The notes beneath the pieces are model-generated. The model was not told the origin of the DNA, ran no database searches, and worked only from the letters and a program-made list of their open reading frames with translations. This document shows, one piece after another, positions 60,128 through 64,000 of a DNA stretch of 64,000 bases (its first letter is position 1; each line of letters begins with the position of its first letter). Source of the stretch: a virus; IMG/VR virus record IMGVR_UViG_3300010883_000001, positions 81,182-145,181 of that record; one strand, 5' to 3'. The translations under genes and the position numbers were made by a program.

Positions 60128-60556
60128 ATGACAACCACAATTACAAGACAACATTTTCATCCTGGCCTGTTGGGTATGGGTGTTTTTGATAGTTTATTTT
60201 CTGATATCCCAACACATCTTCAAAGATCAACTTCTGGATATCCTGTTGTTGATATTTATACGGGCAATGAAGGAGATACTATCTTAGAGTTTGCTCTAGC
60301 AGGATTTTCTAAAGAAGATCTATCTGTAGATATTCAGTCTGATAAGCGAAGCATTACAGTTACTGCATGTATGGATAATAAATCAGATGACTTGAATGTA
60401 CGTCGCATCGCAAGACGTAGTTTTAAGAAGACGTATGTAAATTATGACAATAATCTAGATTTAACAAAATCAGTTGCAAAATTTGATAATGGTTTGTTAA
60501 GTGTAATTATTCCTGTGCGACCTGAAACAAAGTCTAGACCCATTAAGATTCAGTAA
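60128..60556 (+). CDS. Small heat-shock protein (Hsp20/IbpA family)
   Basis: GYPVVDI, EFALAGFSKEDL, RRIARRSF, AKFDNGLLSV. Confidence 0.9.
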   Translation: MTTTITRQHFHPGLLGMGVFDSLFSDIPTHLQRSTSGYPVVDIYTGNEGDTILEFALAGFSKEDLSVDIQSDKRSITVTACMDNKSDDLNVRRIARRSFKKTYVNYDNNLDLTKSVAKFDNGLLSVIIPVRPETKSRPIKIQ

Positions 60557-60583
60557 GCAATTTTTTATTCCAAACATTGAGAG

Positions 60584-60608
60584 CCGGAGGCTTAGCCTCC
60601 GGACTTTT
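60584..60608 (+). terminator. Rho-independent terminator after hsp20
   Basis: CCGGAGGC-TTA-GCCTCCGG followed by ACTTTT. Confidence 0.75.
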
Positions 60609-60631
60609 ACTATAATCAAACCACATATGTT

Positions 60632-61225
60632 TTGTTATACTTAGATATGCGGTATTTATTAGTCAGTTTATTTTCGCTAGTATTATTAGTGCCTTTTGTT
60701 TTTTCTACGTCTATCGCAAAAAATCCATTTCAAATAGATACGATAAAAAAACATAAGGATGTCCCAAGAGAAATTCCGGGATTTCGCTACTGGTACGGTG
60801 ATGTTAATTACGGCCTAATAGTTTATCTGGGTACGAAAGATCTCGCAGGATTTGAAACTGAACTACATTTAAAGTTCCAGAATAAATTAATTACCAGTAT
60901 TCTTTTAATACTCGGGCCTGCCGGATTAGATGATGAAAATTGTATAGTAGAATACAAGAAAATATTAAAGATTATGAATTCTAAGTACGGTCATTATACC
61001 TTCCAGACAATTGAGAAAGATCCTCTAATCGATGAGTTAATAGCTTTTAGCGTTTGCCAGCCGGTTCGGGTGGGTTTATATCTACCAATTACAACATGGA
61101 AATTAAAGGATCGATCGATCGAAGTAATTCTTGTTGGAGATGATGATGGGTTTGGGATAGAGATCGAGTATCGATATCGCCCTCATATCAATAGATCTTT
61201 AGAAGTTTTAAAGAAGGTACTTTAG
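60632..61225 (+). CDS. Exported hypothetical protein
   Basis: N-terminal signal/TM segment. Confidence 0.55.
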   Translation: MLYLDMRYLLVSLFSLVLLVPFVFSTSIAKNPFQIDTIKKHKDVPREIPGFRYWYGDVNYGLIVYLGTKDLAGFETELHLKFQNKLITSILLILGPAGLDDENCIVEYKKILKIMNSKYGHYTFQTIEKDPLIDELIAFSVCQPVRVGLYLPITTWKLKDRSIEVILVGDDDGFGIEIEYRYRPHINRSLEVLKKVL

Positions 61226-61286
61226 AAACATTTAGATAATTACTGGTATTTTTTATGTATCCAATTTCTTATAGGAGTTTTATTAA

Positions 61287-62294
61287 ATGGGAAGTTTAGT
61301 TGCTGATGTTGTTGTAGGACTTCAGTTTGGTGATGAAGGAAAAGGGAAGGTGAGTCATCATCTTGCTAAGACCGGTGAATATACACATGTGTTAAGATTC
61401 AATGGAGGATGCAATGCCGGTCATACGATCTATCATGAGGGAAAAAAGTTTGTGACGCATCATATTCCATGTGGGGTATTTTTTGGAATAAAATCTATAA
61501 TAGGCCATGGGTGTGTTCTGAACATAAAACAGTTTATGTCCGAGATTGACGAATTAGAGAGAAACGGGATTAACGTAAAGCCGCTGATAGGTATTGCTTC
61601 ACATACTAACGTAATAACAGACTTCCACGTCGCACAAGATTCTAGGGATACAAAGATAGGAACGACCAAGAGAGGAAACGGGCCGGCATATAGAGACAAG
61701 TACGCAAGAAAAGGATTGTTAGCAATTGAAGTACCGGAACTGGCTGAATACATAGTTGATCTATACACTGAGTTTCATGATAATCCTGAATTTGAGGATG
61801 TTAAGGTTCTGTGTGAAGGTGCACAAGGGTTCGGTTTGGATATAGATTGGGGTGACTACCCATATGTTACTTCAAGTCATTGTACAGCTGGTAGCGTGAC
61901 TCTAAACGGTATTACTTGTGGTTCCATTAGGAATGTGTGGGGAGTTGCAAAGGTTTATTCAACATATGTTGGCGCAAAGCAGTTTGAAGGTCAAGATCCA
62001 GATTTTGAGAAGTTGAGAAAAATCGGTGATGAGTTTGGATCTACAACTGGCCGGCCTAGACAAATTGATTGGCTAGACATGGATATGATAAAAATGGCAG
62101 TAAAGATTAATGGCGTGAATAAGCTCGTTTTTAATAAAGTGGATATCCTTGAAGAACTGGGCATATGGAGACTATATTCTGGGCCGTCTGTTGAAGAGTT
62201 TAATGATGCCAAGACCATGCACGAATTCATACTATCAGAATTATCAGATAGAGATATTGAGACTATGTTCTCGTGTAGTCCTTATGAGATTTAG
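61287..62294 (+). CDS. purA: Adenylosuccinate synthetase (short form)
   Basis: GLQFGDEGKGK, GGCNAGHT, IGTT..GNGPAY.DK, EGAQG, YPYVTSS, GSTTGRPR, NKVD. Confidence 0.93.
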   Translation: MGSLVADVVVGLQFGDEGKGKVSHHLAKTGEYTHVLRFNGGCNAGHTIYHEGKKFVTHHIPCGVFFGIKSIIGHGCVLNIKQFMSEIDELERNGINVKPLIGIASHTNVITDFHVAQDSRDTKIGTTKRGNGPAYRDKYARKGLLAIEVPELAEYIVDLYTEFHDNPEFEDVKVLCEGAQGFGLDIDWGDYPYVTSSHCTAGSVTLNGITCGSIRNVWGVAKVYSTYVGAKQFEGQDPDFEKLRKIGDEFGSTTGRPRQIDWLDMDMIKMAVKINGVNKLVFNKVDILEELGIWRLYSGPSVEEFNDAKTMHEFILSELSDRDIETMFSCSPYEI

Positions 62295-62376
62295 CTCGCA
62301 TTTGCATATATTCGTATATATGATGAATAGAATAGAATACAGTTCTCATTGTTGTTTTTGTAACTAAAAAGAGAGA

Positions 62377-63297
62377 GTGATGTTTAGAGTAGTTATTATA
62401 GTCTTTAGTACCTTAATGGCAATTGCAACTATATGTTATGCACAGACGCATACTCTGCATATAGACGGAGGGGTCTATAAGCCCACGGTTACACGCTGGC
62501 TTAACGCCTTAGATAAGCTTTCGATGATGCCATCAACAACCTACATTGTAAAGAAGTCCGGAGGGAAGGATAAGTTACATCAGGCCGGCCACAGAGATCT
62601 GTTAATATGGATACCCAGTACAACGAATCTTTCAAAGGATTTCACGGTTGTATTGTGGTTTCATGGCCACTGGGGATATATTCAACACAGGACATTTCAA
62701 GATCGGATCCTAAAACAGTTTGTACCTCATGCAAAACCCGCGGGTGTGGGTGGTAAAAATTTCGTCATAGTCTTACCAGAGATGCCATGGTCTATTAACA
62801 CACGGACGCCGGCAAAAAGAAACGGGCAATTATGGCTTAAGCCAGGAGATTTTTTAGAATTTATTACTCAAGTTGAAAGTATACTGGTCAAACACTTAAT
62901 TAATAAAACCCTAGAGGGCTCAGAGTCTAGATCTAAAATAAACGCAGGACTTGGTAATATCAACTACAAGGTTATTGGTCATTCAGCCGGAGGTAGTGCA
63001 ATTGCAACCCTGGGACATACAGGAGACTTATGCAAGATAAATCCATCCTTAGTAGTATGGTCGGATTCATCTTACGGGAGGTGGTTAGCCAAGGCATGGA
63101 GTGGGTGCTTAGAGGCACATGACATTCGTACCGAGGTTTTTGTAAAGAAGGGCGGATCACCATGGCGTAGATCTACACATTTCATGGGAGAGTTTCAGGG
63201 TCAACCAAAATTTTTACATCTTCATATAAAAAATAAGGGGTGGTCACATAAGTTGATAGGCAATAATATCGTAGAATTATCAGGTATTTTAGATTAG
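62377..63297 (+). CDS. Secreted alpha/beta hydrolase
   Basis: Signal peptide; WFHG; GHSAGG nucleophile elbow; C-terminal His. Confidence 0.7.
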   Translation: MMFRVVIIVFSTLMAIATICYAQTHTLHIDGGVYKPTVTRWLNALDKLSMMPSTTYIVKKSGGKDKLHQAGHRDLLIWIPSTTNLSKDFTVVLWFHGHWGYIQHRTFQDRILKQFVPHAKPAGVGGKNFVIVLPEMPWSINTRTPAKRNGQLWLKPGDFLEFITQVESILVKHLINKTLEGSESRSKINAGLGNINYKVIGHSAGGSAIATLGHTGDLCKINPSLVVWSDSSYGRWLAKAWSGCLEAHDIRTEVFVKKGGSPWRRSTHFMGEFQGQPKFLHLHIKNKGWSHKLIGNNIVELSGILD

Positions 63298-63465
63298 TAA
63301 TTTTGAGTTCGAGTTTTGTGTTTAAGGGTGGGAAGTGATTGACATATTAGTTTTTTCTGGCAAGGGATTAGTTGTAGCCATAGTTGTTGGTTTATTTATA
63401 GTCACGGTATCATTATCAAACAATGATAATGATAAAGATAGACGGAATTAAAGAAATGATCTCAA

Positions 63466-63735
63466 GTGAAAGTAACTTTAAAAAAACCATGGCTGTCACC
63501 CCGGGGAAAACTTTATCCATCTGGAAGTATTTTTATAAAGAGTGAGCTCCAATCACATCCAAGCTTAGGATTAATTTGGTATAATTTCAGTATACCTAAT
63601 GAATCTTATGGAATCGTCCTTATTCCAAATAGCGTATTCTCCATTATCTCAGAATATGAAAAGGCTTTAAGGGCTGCTAGAAAGAAATCGATCGATAAGC
63701 ATAATGAGGCAACGAAAGATCCATTTATGCGATAG
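63466..63735 (+). CDS. Hypothetical protein
   Basis: ORF. Confidence 0.5.
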   Translation: MKVTLKKPWLSPRGKLYPSGSIFIKSELQSHPSLGLIWYNFSIPNESYGIVLIPNSVFSIISEYEKALRAARKKSIDKHNEATKDPFMR

Positions 63736-63743
63736 TCAACTGC

Positions 63744-63772
63744 CTGTACAACTATTAGTCAGCGAATATTAT
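63744..63772 (+). promoter_or_regulatory. Putative promoter CTGTAC-N17-TATTAT
   Basis: Repeated motif. Confidence 0.5.
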
Positions 63773-63821
63773 TTATAGAATTATTAATATTCTAGTACAT
63801 TCAGAATCAAAAGGAAAATTT

Positions 63822-64000
63822 ATGTTAAAAACAATTCTAATTTGTGCCTTAGGGCTTTTGATCACGACGCCATTGATGGCACAAGAAACGCAAGCAGACA
63901 AGAAGTGGACCAAGAGAGCTGGTATCCGCTTCGGTTATGTTTACGCTAATAATGCGCACAAACCAGATGCTGATGGTAAGGAATCAAAACTCAATAGTCC
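63822..64000 (+). CDS. Secreted protein, partial (runs off window)
   Basis: AAGGA RBS; MLKTILICALGLLITTPLMA signal peptide. Confidence 0.6.
   Translation, partial: MLKTILICALGLLITTPLMAQETQADKKWTKRAGIRFGYVYANNAHKPDADGKESKLNS

Noticed and set aside
61287-62294. PurZ / 2-aminoadenine (Z) genome
   Set aside because: The motif is GDEGKG with the PurA catalytic Asp, not the GS(T/E)GKG-type Ser of PurZ

Overview
This window looks like part of a large, AT-rich (roughly 36-37% GC by eye) tailed-phage (jumbo-phage-like) genome rather than a cellular chromosome. Genes are dense and mostly on the + strand, and isolated housekeeping homologues (DnaE, sigma70, GroEL, DnaJ, Hsp20, FKBP, peptide deformylase, short TilS, ThyX, TK, dCMP deaminase, GuaB/GuaC-family, PurA, PckA, flap endonuclease) sit among many orphan ORFs, a lysis-like trio, two fibre-like proteins, 5 intact tRNAs and 1 decayed tRNA. 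No capsid, terminase or portal gene is recognisable, so the phage call is an inference. Main observations: (1) a probable cytosine sugar-hypermodification cluster around dnaE (1-11058), with a thymidylate-synthase homologue carrying the dCMP-type Asp, an NMP kinase, a GT-B glycosyltransferase, UDP-GlcA decarboxylase, an epimerase, an SDR and an FAD oxidoreductase, while ThyX elsewhere can supply dTMP; (2) myxobacterial-type surface genes (CglF/GltF-like protein and two Cys/Asp-repeat vWA lipoproteins), suggesting a Myxococcota-like host; (3) a sigma70 lacking its region 4.2 HTH followed by a separate region-4-like gene, plus nine copies of a non-canonical nTGYA(A/C/G)-N17-TAnnnT promoter; (4) tRNAs that all read A-ending codons, including tRNA-Ile2 with TilS, and enzymes that could shift GC-rich nucleotide pools toward AT; (5) a recurring LRxxIRE-type peptide tag on many unrelated proteins. 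All assignments come from motif recognition by eye; no database searches were run.
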